This document shows positions 28,141-38,323 of a stretch of 64,000 bases of DNA, in pieces (position 1 is the stretch's first letter; each line of letters starts with the position of its first letter). The notes beneath the pieces are model-generated. The model ran no database searches, was not told the DNA's origin, and saw only the letters and a list, made by a program, of their open reading frames with translations. The position numbers and the translations under genes are program-made. Source of the stretch: Ferruginibacter sp. (GTDB taxonomy: Bacteria > Bacteroidota > Bacteroidia > Chitinophagales > Chitinophagaceae); assembly GCA_025362235.1 (NCBI GenBank), contig JANYGZ010000095.1:733-64732 (forward strand). Direction: 5' to 3'.

Positions 28141-29526
28141 TTACAAAGTTTTTAAATATTCAATTACAGAGCGGCGTTCCGCATCGGATAATTTATCGCC
28201 GAAATAATGGCCTTCGTTGCTAAATCCTTTTAGCGTAGTGTTGTACACTTCACTATTTCCAGGGGCGTTTTTTGTTTCATAATTATATCCCGGTATGTCA
28301 TAATTATAACTTGGTGCAGTAAAATTTCTTTGCCAGTATTTAGGGCGTTTTTTACTGTTTAACAATGTTTCTAAATCAGGTACCGAGCCATTGTGCAGGT
28401 ATGGGGCCGTTATCCAGATGCCATCCAGCGGAGGAGCAATATAGCCCCTGTATGGTACCAGCTTTGCCGGATGATCGCCGCTGGTGAACCAGCTTTGGTT
28501 AAACCAATTTACAAACTGCGGATTGCTGTAATTGGAAGTGTATAATGCAGAATCTGTTTTAATAATATTTTCAGGTATCAGCAGGTTTGGATAGATGGCT
28601 CCTTCACCATAAGTGCCATGGCATTTTTTACAGGTAATGGAAAATATATTTTTGCCTTCGGCAGCCAACGATTCATTAACAGGCTTCGGAAATTTAGGCG
28701 CCTGTATAGAATTGATATATGCCAACACATCATTAAAATGGCTGTCTACTTCTTTTGCTTCACTAGTATCCGTTACTGTTAGTAAATTAGAAGCCATTAA
28801 AAAACGGCCAAAATCCCCCCTGCCAAAACCATTGTAAAACATGGCATTCTTCTTTTTTAAAAGCCACCAGGCAACCACGTCAGTAGGTATTATTTCTGAT
28901 GGCAGTGTAAGTAAATTTGTTTCGCTCCATTCCAGGGTTTGTGGGTTTCTGTGCGATACCAGTAATGCTGCCAATGCATCTGCAAGGTTTACTCCTTTTG
29001 TACTGGTTATCAACAATGGCGAAATGGCTTTTATAGACCGTATGAAATTTTTTGCTGCTTCATATTTTTTTGCATTTTCGCCAGTTAGGTTTTTTAAAAA
29101 CTTTTCTGCAAATAATGCAGCGCCTTCCCGGTTAATGGTATAATCTGATAAAGAATTTCCTAAGCCAACAATCAGCTTACCATCAAAAACCTGAGCATGG
29201 CATTGCAGGCAATTGGGCGCTACAACCAGCTCGCCGTTGGGCGCTTTCACTGCTGTAAAAGCATAAGGAATATTTTTATTATTGCCGGAGCGTTGTAAAA
29301 AATTAATAGTGTCTTTTGTTAAACCCATAAAAAACAAACTGTAGGGTATACCACTCTTTAAATAATCGCCGGTAATTAAATAGTCAAAACCTTTTACTGC
29401 ATCACCGGTACGCTGTTTACTGGGCTCAATAAACTCAGGCTTGTCACCTTCTTTAAATTTATCGGTAACCATTATAAATGCAGTACAGCTAATTACTATT
29501 ACTATTAAAGCACTTAACTTTTTCAT
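28141..29526 (-). CDS. Secreted di-haem c-type cytochrome, RoxA/MauG-like
   Basis: Two CxxCH (CLQCH, CKKCH), APPLDGIWITAPYLHNGSVP, signal peptide. Confidence 0.8.
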   Translation of the reverse strand: MKKLSALIVIVISCTAFIMVTDKFKEGDKPEFIEPSKQRTGDAVKGFDYLITGDYLKSGIPYSLFFMGLTKDTINFLQRSGNNKNIPYAFTAVKAPNGELVVAPNCLQCHAQVFDGKLIVGLGNSLSDYTINREGAALFAEKFLKNLTGENAKKYEAAKNFIRSIKAISPLLITSTKGVNLADALAALLVSHRNPQTLEWSETNLLTLPSEIIPTDVVAWWLLKKKNAMFYNGFGRGDFGRFLMASNLLTVTDTSEAKEVDSHFNDVLAYINSIQAPKFPKPVNESLAAEGKNIFSITCKKCHGTYGEGAIYPNLLIPENIIKTDSALYTSNYSNPQFVNWFNQSWFTSGDHPAKLVPYRGYIAPPLDGIWITAPYLHNGSVPDLETLLNSKKRPKYWQRNFTAPSYNYDIPGYNYETKNAPGNSEVYNTTLKGFSNEGHYFGDKLSDAERRSVIEYLKTL

Positions 29527-29673
29527 CTTTCAATTTACGAAATTTTTTTACAGGCAAAAGCTATATCAATACTCTTAAATACAATTAATTGATGTGAATG
29601 TTTTGTGAGGGATGGAGAAGATATAAAAAAAGCCGGTTGTTACGGGCTAGCCATTTATTATTTCTGTTAAAAA

Positions 29674-30897
29674 TTACCAGGCTTTAGAAAAGGTTCCGTT
29701 CATGATGCGGATAAAATACAAATGTTTATTCTCGTAATAATCCGGAACTGCAGACTCCTTTTTAAGTAGTATTGGCCTGAAATTATAATCTGAAAAAACT
29801 TTTAAACTCTTCTCATTTAAATGGCTCATCACGTTGCCGGGGTATTTTGTAAGCAGTTTGGTGAAAAGGTAAGTACATTCAAACCCTTTAAAAACCATAT
29901 CTCCAGCCTTGCCCTTATATTTTTTTGAATAAGCCGTATTTACCATTTTGCTGTACACATCCCACTTACTGTTAAAATAAGGAGTAGTTATATACACAGG
30001 AAAGTCCTGGTAAGTATCTTTTTTCAACAGCGCCCTAAAATTATCCCAGTTGGGCATACCCAATAAAGTGATAGGATAAGTTTGGTGTAATTCGTAACAG
30101 GCTGTAATTAATTTATTGGCAAAAACTTCGTCCAGTGACCCACCGATAATTACTGTTTGGCGGTTGCTGTCTAACTTTTCTTTTAAAAAATCAGGGGAAA
30201 TTGTACTGTCGAAATTTAAAGTTTGGATATCCAATAAGGGTTTGCCATCCTGTTCATTGATCATTTTAAAATAGGATGCTACCTTATCTTCCTGCGTGCC
30301 TTTTTGCCGGCAAATAAAAATAATATCAGATCCATGATTTTGCAGCAGGTAACTATAAATAGCTTCGCAGTGTGCTTTTAAAGTACTGTTAACCACCACT
30401 AAAAAAGGGTTGGCCACCGTGCCACCATCATTAGGGTAAGTGGCGGAAATAAAAGGGATTTTTTTTGCAAGGGCAAAATCGGCAAGTTGTTTAAATTCAA
30501 CATCTTTTACAGAGCCAATAATAACATCAAGGCTATCCAGCTTTTTATTGTTGATTAATTGCCCAATAGGCTGTGTGTAGGATTTTGTATCATAAATAAA
30601 AGCTTCTATATTTTCTTTTCCTACCTGCATAGAGTCTAATGCTATCTGGGCACCATGAACAAAATCAAGCCCCTGGGTAATAAATTTAGGAAGTGCTTCA
30701 GTAAATCGAATTGTTCCGATATTGGTAAAAATCGAATCCAGATACAAAGGGGCAAAAATGCCGATATGGTATGTTTTTAAAACAGGTACAGAATCTTTTT
30801 GGGCTGTTGCCGATAAAATAAAGCAACTGATGAAAACGATTGATACTATAATCGGCAACAAAACCCCATGTAACTTTTTAATAATTTGCTTACTCAT
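29674..30897 (-). CDS. Type-1 periplasmic-binding-fold protein (LppC/LpoA-like), no LysM domains
   Basis: IGIFAPLYLD, FVHGAQIALDS, LDVIIGSV; downstream of guaA. Confidence 0.65.
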   Translation of the reverse strand: MSKQIIKKLHGVLLPIIVSIVFISCFILSATAQKDSVPVLKTYHIGIFAPLYLDSIFTNIGTIRFTEALPKFITQGLDFVHGAQIALDSMQVGKENIEAFIYDTKSYTQPIGQLINNKKLDSLDVIIGSVKDVEFKQLADFALAKKIPFISATYPNDGGTVANPFLVVVNSTLKAHCEAIYSYLLQNHGSDIIFICRQKGTQEDKVASYFKMINEQDGKPLLDIQTLNFDSTISPDFLKEKLDSNRQTVIIGGSLDEVFANKLITACYELHQTYPITLLGMPNWDNFRALLKKDTYQDFPVYITTPYFNSKWDVYSKMVNTAYSKKYKGKAGDMVFKGFECTYLFTKLLTKYPGNVMSHLNEKSLKVFSDYNFRPILLKKESAVPDYYENKHLYFIRIMNGTFSKAW

Positions 30898-30921
30898 AAT
30901 TTGAATTTAACCAACACTTTA

Positions 30922-31037
30922 ATGTCTGATGTAAGATGTCTGATGTCTGATTTCCTCCAGATTGTTCGCTCTTTCAATATTCGGTGACTTTTTACTTTTT
31001 AAAGTTAAACGAATCAGACACCAAAAACCAAACATAG
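30922..31037. repeat. Heptamer tandem block with decayed inverted partner
   Basis: ATGTCTG ATGTAAG ATGTCTG ATGTCTG ATT (30922-30952) and AATCAGACA (31012-31020). Confidence 0.65.
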
Positions 31038-31043
31038 AAGATT

Positions 31044-32576
31044 TTATTCCCATTCAATAGTAGCAGGTGGTTTGCTGCTTATATCATATACCACTCTATT
31101 TATTCCACTTACATTATTGATAATCTCATTGGAAATATCTGCTAAAAATTCGTATGGCAAATGTGCCCAGTCCGCCGTCATACCATCTACAGAAGTTACA
31201 GCTCTCAATGCTATGGTAAATTCGTAGGTTCTTTCATCGCCCATTACACCTACACTTTTTACGGGTAATAAAATAGTGCCAGCCTGCCATACACTGGCAT
31301 ACAGTTTTGCTTTTTTTAAACCATTGGTGTAAATAGCATCTGCATCTTGCAATAACCGTACCTTTTCTTCAGTAATTTCTCCTAAAATGCGGATGCCCAA
31401 GCCTGGTCCTGGAAAGGGGTGCCGGAAAAGCATTTCATGAGGAAGGCCTAATTCTACGCCTACTTTTCTTACCTCATCTTTAAACAACGACCTCAAAGGT
31501 TCTACCAACGAGAGCTTCATAGTAGCCGGTAAACCACCAACGTTATGGTGCGATTTAATGGTAACTGACGGCCCATGAACCGAAGCCGATTCTATAACAT
31601 CCGGATAAATAGTACCCTGCCCTAAAAAATCAATATTTTCAATCCGTTTAGCTTCCTGGTCAAATATTTCAATAAAGCCACCTCCGATTATTTTTCTCTT
31701 TTCTTCGGGGTCTGTTTTTCCTGCCAGCCGGGTGTAAAAATGTTCTTTTGCATTTACGCCTTTTACATTTAACCCAAGTTGTTGGTACATGGCCAGCACT
31801 TCTTCAAATTCATTTTTACGCAATACACCGTTATCTACAAAAATGCCAAACAAATTTTTACCAATGGCTTGGTGAATAAGGGTGGCAGCTACTGTGCTGT
31901 CAACGCCGCCACTCATGGCCATGATTACCCTTTTGTCACCTATCTTTTCTTTTAATGCGGCTACTGTATCACTGATAAAATGAGCCGGTGTCCAGTCCTG
32001 AGAACAGCCGCAAATAGCTACCAAAAAATTTTTGAGGATGGTTTTACCTTCGGTGCTATGGTACACTTCCGGGTGAAACTGTAAGCCATATAAAGGGCAT
32101 CCCTCACCAGTACGCACAAACGCCGCCACGGGAATACTTTCTGTAGTACCCAATATTTCAAATCCTTGGGGCAACTCTTTCACGGTGTCGCTATGGCTCA
32201 TCCATACCTGGCTTTGCGGCAATACATTTTTTAATAAAATATTGTCTTTAATAATCTCCAGCCTTGCACGGCCATATTCCCTTTTATCACTTTTCTCCAC
32301 CTTTCCTCCAAATAGTTTGGCGGTAAGTTGTGCGCCATAACATACGCCCAGTACAGGCAATTGAGCTGCTATACCGGCAATATCTACTGTCGGTGCATTG
32401 TCTTCATTTACCGAAAAAGGCGACCCTGAAAGGATAACGCCTTTTAATTCGGGGCCAAATACTATCTCTTTGTTATAAGGGGTTATTTCGCAATAAACAT
32501 TGGCCTCCCTGACTGCTCTTGCAATTAACTGTGTGTATTGAGAACCAAAATCAAGGATTAAAATTTTTTCTGTCAT
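31044..32576 (-). CDS. guaA: GMP synthase (glutamine-hydrolysing)
   Basis: [51 protein letters not shown]. Confidence 0.99.
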   Translation of the reverse strand: MTEKILILDFGSQYTQLIARAVREANVYCEITPYNKEIVFGPELKGVILSGSPFSVNEDNAPTVDIAGIAAQLPVLGVCYGAQLTAKLFGGKVEKSDKREYGRARLEIIKDNILLKNVLPQSQVWMSHSDTVKELPQGFEILGTTESIPVAAFVRTGEGCPLYGLQFHPEVYHSTEGKTILKNFLVAICGCSQDWTPAHFISDTVAALKEKIGDKRVIMAMSGGVDSTVAATLIHQAIGKNLFGIFVDNGVLRKNEFEEVLAMYQQLGLNVKGVNAKEHFYTRLAGKTDPEEKRKIIGGGFIEIFDQEAKRIENIDFLGQGTIYPDVIESASVHGPSVTIKSHHNVGGLPATMKLSLVEPLRSLFKDEVRKVGVELGLPHEMLFRHPFPGPGLGIRILGEITEEKVRLLQDADAIYTNGLKKAKLYASVWQAGTILLPVKSVGVMGDERTYEFTIALRAVTSVDGMTADWAHLPYEFLADISNEIINNVSGINRVVYDISSKPPATIEWE

Positions 32577-32653
32577 GTGGCTGCGAAGGTAAATAATTAG
32601 TTAATCAGCTCAATAATATTAGCCACAAGGTTCAATAAAATAATTTTGGTTTG

Positions 32654-32685
32654 CCATAGGAACAGGCCGCGGCCTGTTCCTATGG
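32654..32685. repeat. Perfect 32-bp palindrome, REP-like
   Basis: CCATAGGAACAGGCCG|CGGCCTGTTCCTATGG equals its own reverse complement. Confidence 0.85.
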
Positions 32686-32692
32686 ATGGCCT

Positions 32693-32700
32693 TATCTTTG
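32693..32700 (+). promoter_or_regulatory. -7 promoter element for DMT gene (divergent guaA element TACCTTCG at 32584-32591)
   Basis: TATCTTTG 6 nt before ATG 32707. Confidence 0.6.
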
Positions 32701-32706
32701 CGCCTC

Positions 32707-33597
32707 ATGAAAAAAGCCCTTATTCAATTACATATTGCCGTTTTTTTAGCAGGATTTACTGCTATCTTAGGCAAACTTATTGGCTTAAATGAAGGCTTGT
32801 TGGTTTGGTATCGACTTTTAATTACAGTATTAACACTGCCTCTAATTTTATTTTTTAAAAATCAATTGCATCGCATTGCTTTAAAAGACGTTTTAAAAAT
32901 TGGCGGTGTAGGTTTTATAGTTGCTATGCATTGGGTAACATTTTATGGTAGCATAAAATATGCTAATGTATCCGTAGCGCTTGTATGTTTTTCCGCATCA
33001 GGGTTTTTTACTGCTTTTTTTGAACCGCTTATTTTTAACAGGAATATTATTATTGCAGAAGTACTGTTGGGAATGTTGGCAATAGCCGGTATATATATCG
33101 TCTTCGATTTTCATCCACAATTTAAGGTGGGGATCATTTTTGGCATTTTATCAGCTATCGGCAGTTCGCTGTTCCCTATTTTTAATAAAAAGCTTTTAAG
33201 AAGGTTTAGACCAGGTTTATTAACATTGTACGAATTAGGCGGAGGTTTTTTAATGCTAAGCCTGTTGATGCCCTTTTATTTGATGCATTTTCCGGCAAAT
33301 TATTACCTGCCCACCAATTGGGATTGGATTTGGTTACTGGTGTTAGCCTGGCTTTGCACAGTTCTTTGTTTTGACTTGCAGTTACATGCATTAAAAAGGA
33401 TTTCCCCCTTTACCGCCAATTTAACCTATAACCTGGAACCGGTTTATGGAATTATACTTGCTTTTATTTTTTTTAGTGAAAATAAATCGCTGAATGGCCA
33501 TTTTTATATTGGGGTGGGGCTAATTTTACTAGCTGTTATTTTGCAAATGGCAAGGTTGTGGTACACAAAAACACAGGTTCGCATCCTGCCAAAATAA
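32707..33597 (+). CDS. DMT/EamA-family transporter
   Basis: 10-TM duplicated EamA pattern, NLEPVYGI; start reset to MKKA. Confidence 0.88.
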   Translation: MKKALIQLHIAVFLAGFTAILGKLIGLNEGLLVWYRLLITVLTLPLILFFKNQLHRIALKDVLKIGGVGFIVAMHWVTFYGSIKYANVSVALVCFSASGFFTAFFEPLIFNRNIIIAEVLLGMLAIAGIYIVFDFHPQFKVGIIFGILSAIGSSLFPIFNKKLLRRFRPGLLTLYELGGGFLMLSLLMPFYLMHFPANYYLPTNWDWIWLLVLAWLCTVLCFDLQLHALKRISPFTANLTYNLEPVYGIILAFIFFSENKSLNGHFYIGVGLILLAVILQMARLWYTKTQVRILPK

Positions 33598-33679
33598 ATT
33601 TTTTATATGCCCACAGTATAATTGTATGATAAAATTGAAAAAAATCAATAATCATCCTTTCAAAATCAAAAATCTTCCT

Positions 33680-33687
33680 TACCTTCG
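33680..33687 (+). promoter_or_regulatory. -7 promoter element of rpmB operon
   Basis: TACCTTCG 20 nt upstream of rpmB. Confidence 0.5.
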
Positions 33688-33707
33688 CCGTCCAAAAATT
33701 TAGTACA

Positions 33708-33944
33708 ATGGCTAGAGTATGTCAGGTTACAGGTAAGAAGCCTATTACAGGTAATAAAGTGTCTCATTCAAACATAAAAACAAAACGTAGGTTTTTGCCG
33801 AATTTGCAAACCAAACGTTACTTTTTAGCTGAAGAAGACAAGTGGGTAGTTTTGAAAGTTTCTTCAGAAGCAATCAGGACTATCAACAAAAATGGTTTGT
33901 TTTCAGTTGTAAAGCAACTAAGGGCAGCAGGCGAAAAAATTTAA
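33708..33944 (+). CDS. rpmB: 50S ribosomal protein L28
   Basis: [27 protein letters not shown]. Confidence 0.99.
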   Translation: MARVCQVTGKKPITGNKVSHSNIKTKRRFLPNLQTKRYFLAEEDKWVVLKVSSEAIRTINKNGLFSVVKQLRAAGEKI

Positions 33945-33946
33945 AT

Positions 33947-33977
33947 CCCGCCCATTCTCTTTGTGAAAGGGAAGGGT
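33947..33977. repeat. REP-like hairpin after rpmB stop
   Basis: CCCGCCCA-TTCTCTTT-GTG-AAAGGGAA-GGGT; resembles 3759-3790. Confidence 0.5.
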
Positions 33978-33995
33978 ACAATAAACTAAATAACA

Positions 33996-34178
33996 ATGGC
34001 AAAGAAAGGTAACAGGGTTCAGGTTATTTTGGAATGCACTGAGCATAAAGCCAGTGGCAAACCGGGTACCAGCCGCTACATTACAAAAAAGAACAAGAAA
34101 AATACGCCTGAGCGTTTAGAGTTGAAAAAGTTCAACCCTATCTTAAAGAAAGTAACTGTACATAAAGAAATTAAATAA
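33996..34178 (+). CDS. rpmG: 50S ribosomal protein L33 (zinc-independent type)
   Basis: [23 protein letters not shown]. Confidence 0.99.
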   Translation: MAKKGNRVQVILECTEHKASGKPGTSRYITKKNKKNTPERLELKKFNPILKKVTVHKEIK

Positions 34179-34269
34179 TTAGCTGATTAGCTAATATGAT
34201 AATGCGGTATTAATCGCAATCAACATAGTAGCATATTGGTACATAAGCACATTATAAAATTAAATAGTC

Positions 34270-34440
34270 ATGGCAAAAGCAGCTAAAACAGCGATTAAAA
34301 CCAAGGACCAGAAAGCAGCATCAGATGCCAAAAACTGGACAAAAGTAATACGTGCCTTACGTAGTCCTAAAACCGGTGCGTATACTTTTAAAGAGTCTAT
34401 CGTTCATAAAGACAAGATCAAGGAACATTTAGCTCAATAA
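34270..34440 (+). CDS. DUF4295 protein (Bacteroidota ribosomal protein bL38-like), 56 aa, missed by ORF track
   Basis: MAKAAKTAIKTKDQKAASDAKNWTKVIRALRSPKTGAYTFKESIVHKDKIKEHLAQ*; rpmB-rpmG-X-ftsY synteny. Confidence 0.85.
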   Translation: MAKAAKTAIKTKDQKAASDAKNWTKVIRALRSPKTGAYTFKESIVHKDKIKEHLAQ

Positions 34441-34466
34441 TTAAAGGCATTACAATTAATATATTC

Positions 34467-34500
34467 AAGCTGTTCTGATTAATATCGGAACAGCTTTCTT
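34467..34500 (+). terminator. Terminator of rpmB-rpmG-DUF4295
   Basis: AAGCTGTTCTGAT-TAAT-ATCGGAACAGCTT followed by TCTT. Confidence 0.75.
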
Positions 34501-34591
34501 AATTTTAATCCTGCACATTTTTACAGATTTGAGCATTTCTCTTTTTGTACTAACCAATAAACAAAAAATCCTCCCTTAAGAGGTTAATGGC

Positions 34592-35560
34592 ATGGGACTT
34601 TTTGATAAATTCTTTGGCAAAAAACAACAGCAGGAAACACTTGAACAAGGTTTACAAAAAACCCGGGAAGGATTTTTCAGCAAAATAACCAAAGCGATAG
34701 CAGGCAAAAGCACTGTTGATGAAGAAGTGCTGGATAACCTGGAAGAAGCATTGGTAAGTGCAGATGTTGGTATTGAAACAACGGTTGAAATTATTAACCG
34801 GATTGAAAGCAGGGTTGCCAAAGACAAATATCTTAACACAAGTGAATTAAACAGTATCCTTAAACAAGAGATTCAAAATATCCTGGTGTCTGCACCACAG
34901 GATACCAGTTACGAAAATTATGAATTACCTGTAGGTCATAAACCACATATTATTTTAGTAGTAGGCGTAAATGGTGTAGGTAAAACCACCACCATTGGTA
35001 AGCTGGCGCATAATTTTTCAAAGGCAGGCAAATCAGTTTTATTAGGTGCTGCCGATACTTTCAGGGCTGCTGCGGTAGATCAGCTAACCATTTGGAGCGA
35101 ACGTACCAATGTGCCGATAGTAAAAAAAGAAATGGGCAGCGATCCGGCTTCTGTAGCATACGATACAGTTATAAGCGGTGTAGCAAAAAATGTAGATGTT
35201 ATCATCATAGATACGGCCGGGCGACTGCACAATAAAGCTTATCTTATGGATGAGCTTACAAAAATAAAAAGGGTAATTCAAAAAGTGATACCGGATGCCC
35301 CGCATGAAGTAATGTTAGTGTTAGACGGAAGTACCGGACAGAATGCATTAGAACAGGCAAAACATTTTACTGCCGCCACAGATGTTACTGCCATAACAAT
35401 CACTAAATTGGATGGTACAGCAAAAGGGGGCGTAGTGCTGGCCATTGCCCATCAATTTAAAATACCTGTTAAGTTTATTGGTGTGGGAGAAAAAGCAGAA
35501 GATTTGCTGGTGTTTGATAAATACGAATTTGTAGAGGGACTGTTTACACAAGTATCCTAA
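34592..35560 (+). CDS. ftsY: SRP receptor FtsY
   Basis: GVNGVGKTTT, DTFRAAA, DTAGR, TKLDGTAKGG. Confidence 0.99.
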   Translation: MGLFDKFFGKKQQQETLEQGLQKTREGFFSKITKAIAGKSTVDEEVLDNLEEALVSADVGIETTVEIINRIESRVAKDKYLNTSELNSILKQEIQNILVSAPQDTSYENYELPVGHKPHIILVVGVNGVGKTTTIGKLAHNFSKAGKSVLLGAADTFRAAAVDQLTIWSERTNVPIVKKEMGSDPASVAYDTVISGVAKNVDVIIIDTAGRLHNKAYLMDELTKIKRVIQKVIPDAPHEVMLVLDGSTGQNALEQAKHFTAATDVTAITITKLDGTAKGGVVLAIAHQFKIPVKFIGVGEKAEDLLVFDKYEFVEGLFTQVS

Positions 35561-35582
35561 ATTAATTTTTAATTTCTTTCTA

Positions 35583-36437
35583 ATGGTTGAAGTTGGTAAA
35601 TATAATCTCTTAAAAGTAATACGGGCTGTTGATTTTGGTGTTTACCTTGATGATGATGCCGAAGGTATTTTGCTGCCCAAAAGATTTGTACCAACAGCCA
35701 CTTCTATTGGCGATGAACTAAAAGTTTTTTTATACCATGATGGTGAAGACAGGATAATTGCCACTACCCAGGAACCAAAAGGTGTATTGGGCGATATTGT
35801 AAAAATGAGGGCGGTAACTGTTACACCCCATGGCGCTTTTTTAGACATGGGATTGATGAAAGATATTTTTGTACCTAAGAGCAAACAAATATTTGATATG
35901 CGGGTAAACGGCGATTACCTGGTTAAAATTTACCTGGATGAACAAACAGGCAGGATTGCAGCCACAGAAAAACTGGAACCTTTTTTAAGAAATGAAACAT
36001 TAACAGTGAAAGAGCTTGAAATTGTTGACCTGATCGTTTATCGCCGTACTGATATTGGCTATGTATGTATTATTAATAACCAGCACACAGGTGTATTACA
36101 CTTCAATGAAATTTACAGAAATATAGGTGTAGGAGATAAATTTAAAGGGTTTATAAAAAAAATATATCCTGTAAGCAATGATAAGGATGAACGTTTCAGG
36201 ATTGATGTTGCTGCCGGAAAACCCGGTTACAACAGGGTAGAGGATGAGGCAGGTAAAGTGGTTAGATTATTAAAAGAAAATAATGGCTATTTGCCTTATA
36301 ATGATAAAAGCAAACCAGAAGATATTTATGATTTTTTTGGAATGAGCAAGAAGACTTTTAAAATGACTACCGGTAATTTGTATAAAGAAAGAAAAATTTC
36401 TTTTGAAAAAACAGGGATTAAATTGTTGGAGGAATAG
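35583..36437 (+). CDS. CvfB/YitL-family S1-domain RNA-binding protein
   Basis: ILLPKRFVP, GAFLDMGLMKDIFVP, GMSKKTFK..G.LYK. Confidence 0.88.
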   Translation: MVEVGKYNLLKVIRAVDFGVYLDDDAEGILLPKRFVPTATSIGDELKVFLYHDGEDRIIATTQEPKGVLGDIVKMRAVTVTPHGAFLDMGLMKDIFVPKSKQIFDMRVNGDYLVKIYLDEQTGRIAATEKLEPFLRNETLTVKELEIVDLIVYRRTDIGYVCIINNQHTGVLHFNEIYRNIGVGDKFKGFIKKIYPVSNDKDERFRIDVAAGKPGYNRVEDEAGKVVRLLKENNGYLPYNDKSKPEDIYDFFGMSKKTFKMTTGNLYKERKISFEKTGIKLLEE

Positions 36438-36456
36438 AGGAATAAAATGCATATCA

Positions 36457-36714
36457 ATGGCAAAAATAAAAGTTGACCTTCACCCAATATATAATAACAG
36501 TAACGCAATAGATAAGGCATTATTACAGGCATTTGAAGAGGCCATTGAAAAACGCATTACCGAAGTAGAGATCATCCCGGGCAATGGCAGCGGACAGCTA
36601 AAGAAAAAAGTACAAAGGTTTTTACAAATGCCTCATATAAAACCTCTTTACCACTGTATAGAAAATGATAGCAAAAATTTTGGCCGGCTATTTGTTTATT
36701 TTAAGTTTAAATAA
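36457..36714 (+). CDS. Stand-alone Smr/MutS2-domain protein
   Basis: VDLHP...EIIPGNGSGQLKKKV; start reset to MAKIK. Confidence 0.8.
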   Translation: MAKIKVDLHPIYNNSNAIDKALLQAFEEAIEKRITEVEIIPGNGSGQLKKKVQRFLQMPHIKPLYHCIENDSKNFGRLFVYFKFK

Positions 36715-36717
36715 GTG

Positions 36718-38073
36718 TTATTGCAAAAAGTCTCTCCACCAGTAACCAGAGTTTTTAATAGTGCGTAATTGTGTTTTAAAATCTACATGTACCAAACCAA
36801 ATCGTGGATGATATCCTTCACTCCATTCAAAATTGTCCATCAGCGTCCAGGCAAAATAACCCTTTATATTCACCCCTTCTTTTTTAGCTTTAAGCATGGC
36901 CTGAAGATGCTGGTCAAAATATTCAATTCTTGCAGCATCATTAATTACACCATTCTTTAATTCATCTTTAAATGCAGCACCATTCTCGGTTATAATAATT
37001 TCTTTAACCCCGCCATGCGACCATATTTTTTTTATTGTTTTATAAAAACTATGAGCATTAATTTCCCATCCCATAGCAGTAACCGGTACTTTTCTGCTTG
37101 CTGGTTTTACTTCAGATGCCTGCACAATAGGTATATAACTATTATGCCTCACCGTTACCGGAAAATAATATTGCAGGCCAATAAAATCAAAATCAAAATG
37201 AAGCCTTTCTGTATACTTCCAGGTTTTATTTTGCAGTTGTAATTTTTCTAAAAATTTAAAAGAGTCATCTACAGGATAACCTTTACCAAGTGCCGGTTCA
37301 ATAAACAAGCGGTTCATTAAAATATCAATCCGGTTGGCCGCAGCTATATCTTCTTTTTTATCAGAATAAGGAATAATTTGTGAGCAGGAAAATGTTGTGC
37401 CAATATGGGCCTGTGCAGCCAGCTTGCGTATAATGCGCCCACCTTCTGCCTGGGCCATTGCAGCGTGATGAATGGCCGGTAAAAAATTACTCAACCCTTT
37501 TTTGCCAGGAGCATGTTTACCAAGCATATAACCCAGTGTGGTAAATCCAAAAGGCTCATTTAAAATAATCCAATTCTTTACCTTATTGCCGTATGCCTCT
37601 GCGCAAACAGTTACAAACCGGCTGAACCATTTGGTGATAAGGTAATTTGTCCAACCACCTTTTTTCTCTAACTCTAACGGAAGGTCCCAGTGGTAAAGGG
37701 TTATATAAAGGGTAAGGCCTAATTTATTACATTCATCAATTACACGGTGATAAAAATTAATACCCTCTTTATTTATCTTGCCGGTACCATCGGGTAATAT
37801 CCGTGCCCATGAAATAGAAAACCTGAAAACTGAAAATCCCAATGCTTTTACGAGCAATAGATCATCTTTATAGCGATGATAAAAATCACACGCAATAGTA
37901 AGTTTATCACCACCTTTTATTTTACTACTATAACGTGCAAAACTATCCCAAATGCTAGCGCCCTTTCCATCTATATTAGCAGCACCTTCATATTGTGCAG
38001 CTGCTATGGCAACACCCCATGAAAAATTTTGCCCAAAATCTTTTGCCGTAATAGTAGAGTGGAGCTTAGTCAA
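36718..38073 (-). CDS. GH1 beta-glucosidase
   Basis: RFSISW, TLYHWDLP, ILNEP, ITENG, DNFEWSEG. Confidence 0.95.
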   Translation of the reverse strand: MTKLHSTITAKDFGQNFSWGVAIAAAQYEGAANIDGKGASIWDSFARYSSKIKGGDKLTIACDFYHRYKDDLLLVKALGFSVFRFSISWARILPDGTGKINKEGINFYHRVIDECNKLGLTLYITLYHWDLPLELEKKGGWTNYLITKWFSRFVTVCAEAYGNKVKNWIILNEPFGFTTLGYMLGKHAPGKKGLSNFLPAIHHAAMAQAEGGRIIRKLAAQAHIGTTFSCSQIIPYSDKKEDIAAANRIDILMNRLFIEPALGKGYPVDDSFKFLEKLQLQNKTWKYTERLHFDFDFIGLQYYFPVTVRHNSYIPIVQASEVKPASRKVPVTAMGWEINAHSFYKTIKKIWSHGGVKEIIITENGAAFKDELKNGVINDAARIEYFDQHLQAMLKAKKEGVNIKGYFAWTLMDNFEWSEGYHPRFGLVHVDFKTQLRTIKNSGYWWRDFLQ

Positions 38074-38323
38074 AACTTGTAAATTAGTAAGGTGTAAAAT
38101 TGAGGCTTAATGCAAAAGTTTAGTATTAACCTTGTGTTAATTAATTTTTATAAAACTGGTACTAAAAAATAGCACAAATTGTCTCTTGCTACCTTCTTCA
38201 AAATGGGAGTGTATTTAGCAATCAGGGTTTATAATTAACTATACTTTAAGCATTGTTTATTTGCGTAAAGCCGCTATGTGTAAGTGGTACACGGTAAACT
38301 GCTTACCTTTGCCAACATTTAAT

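Noticed and set aside
33574-33591. tRNA T-arm-like CAGG-TTCGCAT-CCTG-CCA at the end of the DMT gene
   Set aside because: Loop lacks the invariant A58, the stem is only 4 bp, no D or anticodon arms, and it lies in coding sequence (QVRILP).
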